From the NCBI GenBank assembly GCA_001769505.1, contig MEOF01000045.1, forward strand, positions 42,718 to 106,717: DNA of 64,000 nucleotides, read 5' to 3'. Under the pieces are notes generated by a model, which had not been told where the DNA came from, searched no databases, and saw only the letters and a list, made by a program, of their open reading frames with translations. The DNA comes from Bacteroidetes bacterium GWF2_33_38. Its GTDB lineage: Bacteria; Bacteroidota; Bacteroidia; Bacteroidales; GWF2-33-38. The position numbers and the translations under genes are program-made. Positions 28,366-36,881 of the stretch are shown here, in pieces (positions within the stretch are counted from its first letter, which is position 1; each line of letters starts with the position of its first letter).

Positions 28366-29094
28366 ATGGAAAAAACAAACACACAAGTAGAATGGGACTT
28401 TTATCAAAGTCATTACAGAGATAATTATTCTAGCAAATCAGGGTGGAACGATCCTTCGCTGTTTTTTGTTAAAGATTTAATACGGTTAAATCATATTAAT
28501 ACCAACTCACTTCTCGAAATTGGATACGGCGACGGAAAAACCTTGCAAAGTTTTTCAAAAATATTCAAGCAAGTTTCAGGTGCTGATATTTCGCCAAAAA
28601 ATATTGAGATTACGGAAAAAGAATTTGGGAATTTGAAAATCACAAATGCTGACTTTTTTGTTTTTGATTTGATGGAATCGGTTAGCGACAACAGATTGTT
28701 TGATAATGTATTGTTATCTCACGTTATCGAACATTTCACACAGGAAGAACTTAAAATAGTTATTCCCAATTTATTAAAAAAAATCAAACCTGGAGGAAAA
28801 CTTATTGGAGCAGTTCCATATAAACTTCCTTTTAACTTTAGATATTGTCCTCACTGCCAAAGTAAATTTGAATTAGACGGACATCAAATTATATACGATG
28901 AAAATATAATTCGAGAAACATTTAAACAATATGAATTAAAGGAAATATTGGTAAGAAACTATAATTTTAGCTTCTATTCTCGAAATGATAACCTAATAAA
29001 AAAACAAATACGGAAACTTTATCATCTATATCGAAGTCTTAGAGGAGATAAACCAAAAGGACAATTGGAATTCTGTTTTGAAGTGGGAAAGTAA
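28366..29094 (+). CDS. Class I SAM-dependent methyltransferase
   Basis: LLEIGYGDGKTL SAM motif, ...LLSHVIEHF..., ...IKPGGKLIG... The ATG at 28366 is preferred over the TTG at 28357. Confidence 0.75.
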   Translation: MEKTNTQVEWDFYQSHYRDNYSSKSGWNDPSLFFVKDLIRLNHINTNSLLEIGYGDGKTLQSFSKIFKQVSGADISPKNIEITEKEFGNLKITNADFFVFDLMESVSDNRLFDNVLLSHVIEHFTQEELKIVIPNLLKKIKPGGKLIGAVPYKLPFNFRYCPHCQSKFELDGHQIIYDENIIRETFKQYELKEILVRNYNFSFYSRNDNLIKKQIRKLYHLYRSLRGDKPKGQLEFCFEVGK

Positions 29095-29715
29095 CAAAGT
29101 TATGATAGTGATGGAGTTATGAAGTGATGGAGTGGGGAAAGTGATGAAGAGGGGAAAGTTACAAAGAGATGAAGTAACGAAGTTATGGAGTGACAAAGTG
29201 TGGAAGTGCAAAAGTTAAAAAGTAATGAAGAGGAAAAATGAAGACACATAAAGATTTAGATGCTTGGAAAAGCTCGGTAGAGTTTGTTACTCAAATGTAC
29301 AAAATCACCGAAAGTTTTCCGAAAAGCGAAGAATTTGGTCTTAAAGACCAATTACGTCGGGCAGCTGTATCGATTCCTTCAAACATTGCTGAGGGAGCAG
29401 CTCGGAATCATACCAAAGAATTTATTCAATTTTTATACATCTCATTAGGAAGTTTATCAGAAGTAGAAACCCAATTAATAATTGCTCAAAACCTTAATTA
29501 TATAACCAATGGTAAATGGTATGTTTATTCAAACGGAACCTCAAATTATTAAAATTCGCTCTCAAATAAGCGGACTTATCAAATACCTAAAAACATTAAT
29601 CCCAAAAACTACATAACTATGTTACCCCATCATAACTATCATTACTTTATAACTCTCTTTACTCTTGTTACTATCATAACTATCATAACTCTATAACTAC
29701 CATAACTTAATAGAA
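29095..29715 (+). repeat. Four-helix-bundle cassette E3: word array, ORF, complementary word array; fills the methyltransferase/aminotransferase spacer
   Basis: Upstream (29095-29237): GTTATGR/GTGATGR/GTAACGR words, ending in the same AGTAATGAAGAGGAAAAATG junction as E2. Downstream (~29610-29712): CATAAC/CATTAC/GTTAC words. Confidence 0.75.
29238..29552 (+). CDS. Four-helix-bundle protein (23S-IVS/Avd-like family), probably frameshifted near the 3' end
   Basis: Family motifs KDLDAWKSS, LRRAAVSIPSNIAEG and SLGSLSEVETQLIIA. The expected C-terminal helix (...IIKIRSQISGLIKYLKTL) is readable only in the +1 frame after ~29510. Confidence 0.75.
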   Translation: MKTHKDLDAWKSSVEFVTQMYKITESFPKSEEFGLKDQLRRAAVSIPSNIAEGAARNHTKEFIQFLYISLGSLSEVETQLIIAQNLNYITNGKWYVYSNGTSNY

Positions 29716-30894
29716 ATGAACAAAAACGATAAACAACTCGCAATTAATGGTGGCACACCTATTTCAAAAGAGCCCATCATCATACATAAACCTTATTTAG
29801 ACGAAGCCGACTTTGCTGCTGTAAACAATTCGGTTCGGACGACTTTTGTTTCGGGCGATGGTCCTGCATGTCGGGAGTTTGAAAAAAACTTAGCAATATA
29901 CTTAGGTGTAAAACACGTACTGTTTGTTAATTCGGCAACAACAGCTTTAGAATTGGCTTTTAGAGTAAAAAATTTCAAACCCGAGTCAGAAGTTATCGTT
30001 CCTAACTTTACCTATACATCGACAGCACTTGGGGCACTTTATAATAACCTCAACATTAAATTGGTTGATGTGTATGCCGATAATGGAAGCATTGACGTGA
30101 GTAAAATTACAGCCGCTATCAATCCTAAAACCGTAGCCATTGCCCCTGTTGATTATGGAGGAATTCCCGCCGAAATGGACGAAATAAACGAGATTGCAAA
30201 AAAACACAATTTGTTTGTGGTTCACGACACAGCACAATCGGTTGGCTCAATTTATAAAGGCAAAAAAACAGGAAATTTAGCCGATGTTTCGACTTTTAGT
30301 TTTCACGGAACAAAAAATCTGACTACCGGAGAAGGAGGAGCCCTCACTACCAACGACGATGCAATTGCCGACAGAATTAAAATATTACGAGAAAAAGGAA
30401 CCGATAAATATTCATTTTTGACCGACAATAAAACTCGAGGATATTACGAATATGTTGACATTGGAAATTCCTATGTGCAATCAAACATTTTGGGAGCAAT
30501 GGGCGTAACACAGCTCGAAAAATTGGATTGGATGAATGCAAAACGTAAAAAAATAGCCGATTACTATAAACAAGAATTGTCAGGAATATCGGGACTCGAT
30601 TTTTTGAGAATAACCGAAGGTTCTGAACACAATTGGCATTTATTCGGAATATTGGTTCCGGCAAACGAAAAATATTGGATTATGGACGCACTTCGAGCCG
30701 AAGGTGTAATGTCGAATGTACACTATACTCCATTGCATCAAAATAAATATTACAAAAATTTAGGATCCGATACCGATTTTCCAAACTCAATCAATTTCTT
30801 CAGCCGTTTGCTCCGCATTCCTATTTATCCTTCGCTCAGCGATTTAGAAGTTGAAAATATTGTGAAAGCTGTCAAAAAAGTTTTTAATGTTTAA
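29716..30894 (+). CDS. DegT/DnrJ/EryC1/StrS-family sugar aminotransferase
   Basis: ...NSATTALELAF..., ...FSFHGTKNLTTGEGGAL... PLP-lysine motif. Confidence 0.85.
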   Translation: MNKNDKQLAINGGTPISKEPIIIHKPYLDEADFAAVNNSVRTTFVSGDGPACREFEKNLAIYLGVKHVLFVNSATTALELAFRVKNFKPESEVIVPNFTYTSTALGALYNNLNIKLVDVYADNGSIDVSKITAAINPKTVAIAPVDYGGIPAEMDEINEIAKKHNLFVVHDTAQSVGSIYKGKKTGNLADVSTFSFHGTKNLTTGEGGALTTNDDAIADRIKILREKGTDKYSFLTDNKTRGYYEYVDIGNSYVQSNILGAMGVTQLEKLDWMNAKRKKIADYYKQELSGISGLDFLRITEGSEHNWHLFGILVPANEKYWIMDALRAEGVMSNVHYTPLHQNKYYKNLGSDTDFPNSINFFSRLLRIPIYPSLSDLEVENIVKAVKKVFNV

Positions 30895-30942
30895 GCATCA
30901 GAATCATACAATGGAAGTTTAAATTAACAACACAAAAATAAT

Positions 30943-31959
30943 ATGAGAAAATTAATCAAACAAATAATACCCAGTAAGTATCACGTTTATTACAAGGTCA
31001 TTAAAAAGAAATGGTTTATTGTTTTTGAAATTGTTTTATCCCCATTAACTATTATTAGTTGTTATTGGCTTAAATTGTGTAAACGAAAACTGTACGTATC
31101 TCCTTTTACCAAAAGCATATTCGATTTTACAGGAGTTTTTCCAATTTTAGATCATTATTACGAACCATTATATAACAAAAAGCATTTAAGAAAATCGCTT
31201 CGAGAAGATCGAAATATAGTTTCATTAGACTTTAACGATGCTGAACAAATAAAGTTAATCGACAAATTTTCTTACAACGATGAACTCTTAGCCTTCCCAA
31301 GAAAAAGAACTTCTAATCCTTTAGAATTTAGCTATAATTACGGAGACTACCCTTCAGGAGATTCAGAGAGTTTGTATAATATGATGCGAACAATCAAACC
31401 GAAAAGAATGATTGAAGTAGGCTGTGGCTCCTCAACTTTAATGGCTATTAATGCCATGAAAATGAATAAAAAAGAAAACGAAAATTACGACTGCGAATAC
31501 ACTTGTATAGAACCATACGAACAACCTTGGTTAGAAAAAACAGGATTGAAAGTCTTACGGAAAAAAGTTGAAGATGTTCCTCTCGATTTTTTTAAAACTC
31601 TTGCCGAAAACGATATTTTATTTATTGACTCATCTCACATGATAAGACCTCAAGGAGACGTATTGTACGAAATTCTTGAAATTTTACCCGCATTAAATTC
31701 CGGAGTTATTATTCATTTTCACGACATATGCACTCCGAAAGACTATTTCGACGAATGGGTAGGGAAATTTATGTGGAATGAACAATATATCTTAGAAGCA
31801 TTTTTATCAAATAATAAAGAATATGAAATAATTCTTAGTACAAATTATTTACTACATCATCATTACGAAAAATTTATTTCGAAATGTCCAGTATTAAAAT
31901 TTGATAAAGAGCAAAATCCGATTAGAGAAACTGGAGCATTTTGGATACGAAAAAAATAA
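30943..31959 (+). CDS. Class I SAM-dependent methyltransferase with an N-terminal membrane segment
   Basis: MIEVGCGSSTL SAM motif and ...LFIDSSH... motif. Confidence 0.6.
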   Translation: MRKLIKQIIPSKYHVYYKVIKKKWFIVFEIVLSPLTIISCYWLKLCKRKLYVSPFTKSIFDFTGVFPILDHYYEPLYNKKHLRKSLREDRNIVSLDFNDAEQIKLIDKFSYNDELLAFPRKRTSNPLEFSYNYGDYPSGDSESLYNMMRTIKPKRMIEVGCGSSTLMAINAMKMNKKENENYDCEYTCIEPYEQPWLEKTGLKVLRKKVEDVPLDFFKTLAENDILFIDSSHMIRPQGDVLYEILEILPALNSGVIIHFHDICTPKDYFDEWVGKFMWNEQYILEAFLSNNKEYEIILSTNYLLHHHYEKFISKCPVLKFDKEQNPIRETGAFWIRKK

Positions 31960-33152
31960 AAAAATTGGGAAAAACTATTTTGATTTTTGGCGGTGGCGAT
32001 AATCAACGCACATTGATTATCGGAGCAAAAGAACTAGGATATAGAACTGTGGTTATCGACCCAAACGAAAAAGCCATTGGAAAAAAATATGCCGATATTT
32101 TTGAGCTTGTTGAAGCAAAAGATTATGAAAAAACAAAAGAAATTGCTGAAAAATACCAAGTTAAAGGCATCGTAACCTGTCAAATGGAAAACCCTTTGTT
32201 AATGATGGCAAAATTAGCCGAAGAGAAAAATTATCGTTTTCCTTCGATTGAAAGCATCGGAAATGCTCGTGATAAATATTTGATGAAACAAGCTTTTCTA
32301 AAATCGGGAGTACCTTGTGCAAAAGGCTTTTTAATTGCCGACATCAAAGAAATTTACGATAAAAATATTCTGTTTCCTGCAATCTTAAAACCAGTTGATG
32401 CTTTCTCAAGCAGAGGTGTTTACAAAGTAAATTGCAACGAAGATATTGAAGCTCACTTTACCGAAACACAATATTATTCTTCTACTGGAAACGTAATAAT
32501 AGAAGAGTTTATCGAAGGTCCAGAATTTAGTGTCGAAAGTGTTACCAACAACGAACAAACCTACATTATTCAAATTACCCAAAAAGAAATAACACCTTTC
32601 CCAAATACCGTAGAAATGGCACATATTCAACCGGCAGAACTTACTCAAAACGAATGGATTGACATTGAAACCATTGTTAAAAATGCCATTTCGGCTCTCG
32701 GAATTAACAATTGTGCTTCGCATGCCGAACTTAAATTAACTGCGAACGGTCCAAAAATGATTGAAATTGGAGCTAGACTAGGTGGCGATTACATCACTTC
32801 ACACTTAGTTCCTTTATCAACCGATGTAAATATCGAAAAACTTACGGTTCAAATTGCCATGAACGATTTTACAAGTGTTCCTGCAAAAAGTAATCATGCT
32901 TCGATTATTAGATATTTGAATCTAAAACCTAACAAATTAGTTAAAAAAATAGCTGGCTGGCAGAAGATATTTGAGAACAAAAATTTAATTCATGCTGATA
33001 TAAATATAAAAGAAAACGAATACACAAAATCAATAACAGATAGCGCCAAACGTGCGGGCTTCGTAATTGTAAAAGGAACAAATCGAACCGATGCTATTGG
33101 CCGAGCCGATGAATTAATCAAAAAATTAGAATCGTACATAAAACTTGAATAA
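31941..33152 (+). CDS. ATP-grasp carboxylate-amine ligase
   Basis: ATP-grasp layout (...DKYLMKQAF..., ...ILKPVDAFSSRGV..., ...IIEEFIEGPEFSVE..., ...IEIGARLGGD...). There is no in-frame ATG near the 5' end, so a TTG start is implied. Confidence 0.8.
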   Translation: MDTKKIKKLGKTILIFGGGDNQRTLIIGAKELGYRTVVIDPNEKAIGKKYADIFELVEAKDYEKTKEIAEKYQVKGIVTCQMENPLLMMAKLAEEKNYRFPSIESIGNARDKYLMKQAFLKSGVPCAKGFLIADIKEIYDKNILFPAILKPVDAFSSRGVYKVNCNEDIEAHFTETQYYSSTGNVIIEEFIEGPEFSVESVTNNEQTYIIQITQKEITPFPNTVEMAHIQPAELTQNEWIDIETIVKNAISALGINNCASHAELKLTANGPKMIEIGARLGGDYITSHLVPLSTDVNIEKLTVQIAMNDFTSVPAKSNHASIIRYLNLKPNKLVKKIAGWQKIFENKNLIHADINIKENEYTKSITDSAKRAGFVIVKGTNRTDAIGRADELIKKLESYIKLE

Positions 33153-33154
33153 AT

Positions 33155-33691
33155 ATGTTAATAGGAGAAAAAGTAATTTTAAGACCGTTAAAAAGATCTG
33201 ATATGAGTAAAACAATCACATGGAGGAATGATATTGATGTGATAAAACAAGCCCAATTAATCCGATTTCCCAAATCAGAAGAAATGGAAAAAGAATGGTG
33301 GGATAATGTGTTAATTGATAAAAGTAATAGGAATGTCTATTTTGCAGTTGAAGAAAAAAGTTCAAGTAATTTTATAGGAATAATTCAATTAAATCAAATT
33401 GATTGGATATCAGGAACGGCAGTTTGGGGGTTTATTATTGGCAATAAAGAAGATAGAGGCAAGGGATATTCGACAGAAGCACCACGGTTATTATTTGATT
33501 ATGCATTTAATATTTTAAATTTAAGAAAAATCTTTGGTTATCCAGTCGAATACAACCAAGCAACACTTAAAATGCATCAAAAGATAGGGAATTTTAAACA
33601 AGAAGGGAAATTAGTTAAACATTATTATATAAATAATGAATACCATGACGTTCTTATTTTGTCTCTTTTCAGGGAAGATTTTATCAAATGA
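33155..33691 (+). CDS. GNAT-family N-acetyltransferase (RimJ/RimL-like)
   Basis: ...EDRGKGYSTEA... acetyl-CoA loop; 178 aa. Confidence 0.8.
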   Translation: MLIGEKVILRPLKRSDMSKTITWRNDIDVIKQAQLIRFPKSEEMEKEWWDNVLIDKSNRNVYFAVEEKSSSNFIGIIQLNQIDWISGTAVWGFIIGNKEDRGKGYSTEAPRLLFDYAFNILNLRKIFGYPVEYNQATLKMHQKIGNFKQEGKLVKHYYINNEYHDVLILSLFREDFIK

Positions 33692-34029
33692 TCATAACTT
33701 TAAATGAGAATTTTATCGGAATGATTTATTTGAAAAACATCAATTGGATTAGCCGAAATTGTTATTTCACAATATTTATTGGCGAAAAAGTCGAACGAGG
33801 TAAAAACATTGGTCAACAAGCCATGGAATTAACTCACGAATATGTTTTTAACTACCTAAATATGAGAAAAATAACACTCGAAGTAGTTAAATTCAACAAT
33901 AGCGCAATTAAACTTTACCAAAAAATGGGATATAAAGAAGAGGGAATTTTAAAAGAACATTTCTTTTTTAATAATTCATTTCACGATGTTTGTATATTCT
34001 CGATTATTAATAATACTACTGTTAAATAA
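33688..34029 (+). CDS. N-terminally shortened GNAT paralogue (113 aa)
   Basis: Aligns to the C-terminal two thirds of the preceding GNAT (NFIGMIYLKNINWISRN... against NFIGIIQLNQIDWISGT...). ATGA start/stop overlap. Confidence 0.65.
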   Translation: MIITLNENFIGMIYLKNINWISRNCYFTIFIGEKVERGKNIGQQAMELTHEYVFNYLNMRKITLEVVKFNNSAIKLYQKMGYKEEGILKEHFFFNNSFHDVCIFSIINNTTVK

Positions 34030-34181
34030 GCAGGATAAATGATTGATTTATACACAATTCTAATAGCTTTTCGAAAGAAAATAAGTATAGAGTATATGCC
34101 TATAGAATTACATGATTTTCTATTTCGTATCGGTATATTAAAAAACGCAAGTAACTAGAACCGTTAAATTGTAAATTTAAA

Positions 34182-35030
34182 ATGCCTGAAAATAAAATTG
34201 TTCTATACCAATCCAATGAACTAACTAGTCAACTCGAAGTTCGGGTCGAAGACGATACAGTATGGCTTACTCAAGCTCAAATGGTTGAATTGTTTAATGC
34301 CACAAAGCAAAATATTAGCCTTCATATAAATAATCTTTTTAAAGAGAAAGAATTAGTTGAGGATTCAGTTGTCAAGTATTCCTTGACAACTGCTTCTGAC
34401 GGAAAAAAATACAACTCTAAATTATACAATCTAGATGTAATTATCTCCGTGGGCTACCGAATTAAATCGAAACGAGGCACACAATTTCGAATTTGGGCAA
34501 CTAAAATTTTGAAAGAATTTCTGCTTACTGGACACGCCAATAATCAACGATTGGTGAACATCGAAAACGACATTACTTCGATAAAAACCAAAGTTTTAGA
34601 AATCGATTTTAAAATCCAAGCCAACCTACCCCCCAACGAAGGCATTTTTTACGACGGACAAGTGTTTGATGTTTGGCAATTTGTTTCATCAATTGTAAAA
34701 TCGGCTAAAAGCAGTATTATTCTAATTGACAATTATATAGATGAAAGCGTTTTGCTTTTGCTTTCTAAACGAAATTTAACGGTCAAGGCAACTATTTATA
34801 CTCAGAAAATAAGTGAAACTTTACAAAAAGATTTAGAACGACACAATACTCAATATCCGAAAATAGAACTAAAAACTTTTACAAAAGCTCACGACCGCTT
34901 TCTGATTATAGACCAAAAATCTATTTATCATATTGGAGCGTCACTTAAAGATTTGGGCAAAAAATGGTTTGCTTTCTCTAAAATGGAACTCGATATCACA
35001 GAATTAATTCATAAACTGAAAACAAATTAA
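34182..35030 (+). CDS. RhuM-family protein
   Basis: ...EVRVEDDTVWLTQAQMVELF...YNLDVIISVGYRIKSKRGTQFRIWATKILKEFL... is the RhuM signature. Confidence 0.8.
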   Translation: MPENKIVLYQSNELTSQLEVRVEDDTVWLTQAQMVELFNATKQNISLHINNLFKEKELVEDSVVKYSLTTASDGKKYNSKLYNLDVIISVGYRIKSKRGTQFRIWATKILKEFLLTGHANNQRLVNIENDITSIKTKVLEIDFKIQANLPPNEGIFYDGQVFDVWQFVSSIVKSAKSSIILIDNYIDESVLLLLSKRNLTVKATIYTQKISETLQKDLERHNTQYPKIELKTFTKAHDRFLIIDQKSIYHIGASLKDLGKKWFAFSKMELDITELIHKLKTN

Positions 35031-35234
35031 AAAAATGACTATCTGTATTTATACCCAAAATGATACGTCTTGTTTTGCCGTTCCAGAGCTTATGTCGAAC
35101 GAAGCTGAAGTAAAAAATGCAACAATGAATTTAACTCATTATCTGTTAAGGCAGAGTTATACACGACTTGATATTTTTAGATATGTATTCAAGTATTTGA
35201 AAATGATAAAATTACTAGTTAATAAACCCATAGA

Positions 35235-36515
35235 ATGCTTAACCAAAAACTAAAAAAAATATTTCTTAACTTTTCCATCAGAACTGTTGGCAGTATTTTA
35301 AGTAAAACCTTAGGTTTTATTACACTTCCTTTTATTGCCAGAGCTGTTGGTCCTGAGGGTTTTGGCACATATAGTTTTATCATTACGCTTATTACCTATA
35401 CCGCTATATTGGTAGAATGGGGATATACTCCCTATGGTTTACGAGAAACCGCTAAACATGAAGATTCCTCATCAGTAGTAAACAATATTATAAATACTCG
35501 GTTTACCTTTGGTATTATTTCCATGATAATAGGGGCAATTGCTTTTAGTATTGTATATTGGAATAACCTCCCATTTCTGGTTGATGTTTTTATCGGATTT
35601 GGATTTATTGTTTCACAAATAATTAACGTTGATTACTATTACTTTGGCAAGAAAAAAATGCTAATTCCAACCGTTTCGCAACTATCAGGTCAAATTGTAT
35701 TTGTAATAGGCGTGTTGTTTTTTATCAAAACAGCAAGCGATTTTCGATTGTTAATGGTTCTTTATGTTGCGTATCAATTTATTGGTAGCATTATTGGTCT
35801 ATTATTATATCTTTCGAATCACTCCATTAAACTCAAATTTTCGATAAAAGCATCTATTGAAACTATAAAAAAAACATTTCGATTAGGCTTGTCGGCTCGA
35901 ATTGAGCAACTAACCTCAACTTATCCCATTTTGATTATTCCATTGTTCTTTGTTGGAACATTCGAATTGGGACTTTATACTTCGGCCTTTAAGTTTTTCA
36001 CTATAGTGCTTATAGTTTATCAAGTAGTTATGCTGACAATCGCCCCTTATTTGGTGAACTTACAAACCAAAGCAATTCATATTCAGCGAAAAACTATTTT
36101 TCAACTCTTGAGTTTTTTATTTTTTATGGGTGTTCTTTCCTCGATTTTCTTTTTTGTAACCGATAAATACATTGTTGCGTTGTTGTTTGGAGAGTCTTTC
36201 AAAGATGCTATTCCTGTGGTCGATTTAATTATTTTTATTCTCTTGCCTTTTTGGCCCATTACCATGGTATTGGGAGGTATATTGATATATTATAATTTCG
36301 ATAAATATTATTTACAAGCAACCATTGTAAACGCAGTTTTTATATTAATGCTAACGCCTTTGCTGGTATATACATTTGGTATTTCTGGGGCTATATATTC
36401 CATTGGCATTGGAAATTTTTCGGTAATTCTTATCAGCATTTATTATTTAAACAAATTGATACCAAATTTATTTATAAACCCGATTAATTATTTGAAAAAA
36501 AAGAAATACGTTTAA
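35235..36515 (+). CDS. wzx: Oligosaccharide flippase (Wzx, polysaccharide biosynthesis MATE-like family)
   Basis: 426 aa, ~12 predicted TM helices, N-terminal ...KTLGFITLPFIARAVGPEGFG... motif. Confidence 0.8.
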   Translation: MLNQKLKKIFLNFSIRTVGSILSKTLGFITLPFIARAVGPEGFGTYSFIITLITYTAILVEWGYTPYGLRETAKHEDSSSVVNNIINTRFTFGIISMIIGAIAFSIVYWNNLPFLVDVFIGFGFIVSQIINVDYYYFGKKKMLIPTVSQLSGQIVFVIGVLFFIKTASDFRLLMVLYVAYQFIGSIIGLLLYLSNHSIKLKFSIKASIETIKKTFRLGLSARIEQLTSTYPILIIPLFFVGTFELGLYTSAFKFFTIVLIVYQVVMLTIAPYLVNLQTKAIHIQRKTIFQLLSFLFFMGVLSSIFFFVTDKYIVALLFGESFKDAIPVVDLIIFILLPFWPITMVLGGILIYYNFDKYYLQATIVNAVFILMLTPLLVYTFGISGAIYSIGIGNFSVILISIYYLNKLIPNLFINPINYLKKKKYV

Positions 36516-36546
36516 AATTTAGAAAAGACAAAAACATTATCTTCAT

Positions 36547-36575
36547 ACCTCCAAGGTTTTGGAAACCTTGGAGGT
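36547..36575 (+). terminator. Strong hairpin 32 nt after the wzx stop (terminator-like, weak T-run)
   Basis: Perfect 13-bp stem ACCTCCAAGGTTT/AAACCTTGGAGGT with a 3-nt loop. Only TT follows. Confidence 0.45.
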
Positions 36576-36631
36576 TTAAAGACAAACTTTCGGAAAGTTA
36601 AAAGAATAAATTATAAAATTACATAACCATG

Positions 36632-36665
36632 ACCTTTGACAAAGTTTTGGATCTTTGTCAAAGTT
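36632..36665. repeat. Two adjacent extra copies of the TTTGNCAAAG palindrome box
   Basis: ACCTTTGACAAAGTT (36632-36646) and ATCTTTGTCAAAGTT (36651-36665). Confidence 0.85.
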
Positions 36666-36725
36666 TAAAAACCTTGAAGATTTATTTGCCAATTTGACCG
36701 AAGAATTAATTTAATAATATTTAGG

Positions 36726-36849
36726 TTAACTTTGACAAAGTTATTTTAATAGAATTGTGATTGCTTAATATTCAGTTGCATAATAAAATTGACACAACTT
36801 TGTCAAAGTTTTGATTATCAAGTTAATATAAAAATTAAACGAACTATTG
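36726..36849 (+). repeat. Double-palindrome intergenic repeat, copy A2
   Basis: ~90% identical to 25136-25258. Boxes at 36728-36742 and 36796-36810. Same tail AAAAATTAAACGAACTATTG. Confidence 0.9.
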
Positions 36850-36881
36850 AATATAAACAACTATTAGGAAAATATAAAAAG

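Noticed and set aside
7299-29552. Diversity-generating retroelement (DGR), since the three four-helix-bundle ORFs belong to the Avd-like family
   Set aside because: There is no reverse transcriptase ORF and no template/variable repeat pair with adenine-specific differences anywhere in the window. The copies sit in operon spacers and look decayed.
27296-29715. CRISPR-like array suggested by the short repeated words around the four-helix-bundle ORFs (and by the DNVV repeat at 17052-17118)
   Set aside because: The words are 6-7 nt, degenerate and contiguous, without unique spacers. The 12-bp repeat is perfectly tandem and in frame inside a CDS. There are no cas genes.
35035-35253. 72-aa ORF between the RhuM-family gene and wzx
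   Set aside because: I recognised no motif. It overlaps the wzx start, and its composition is typical of an AT-rich spacer. It may be a short leader, but I cannot support it as a gene.
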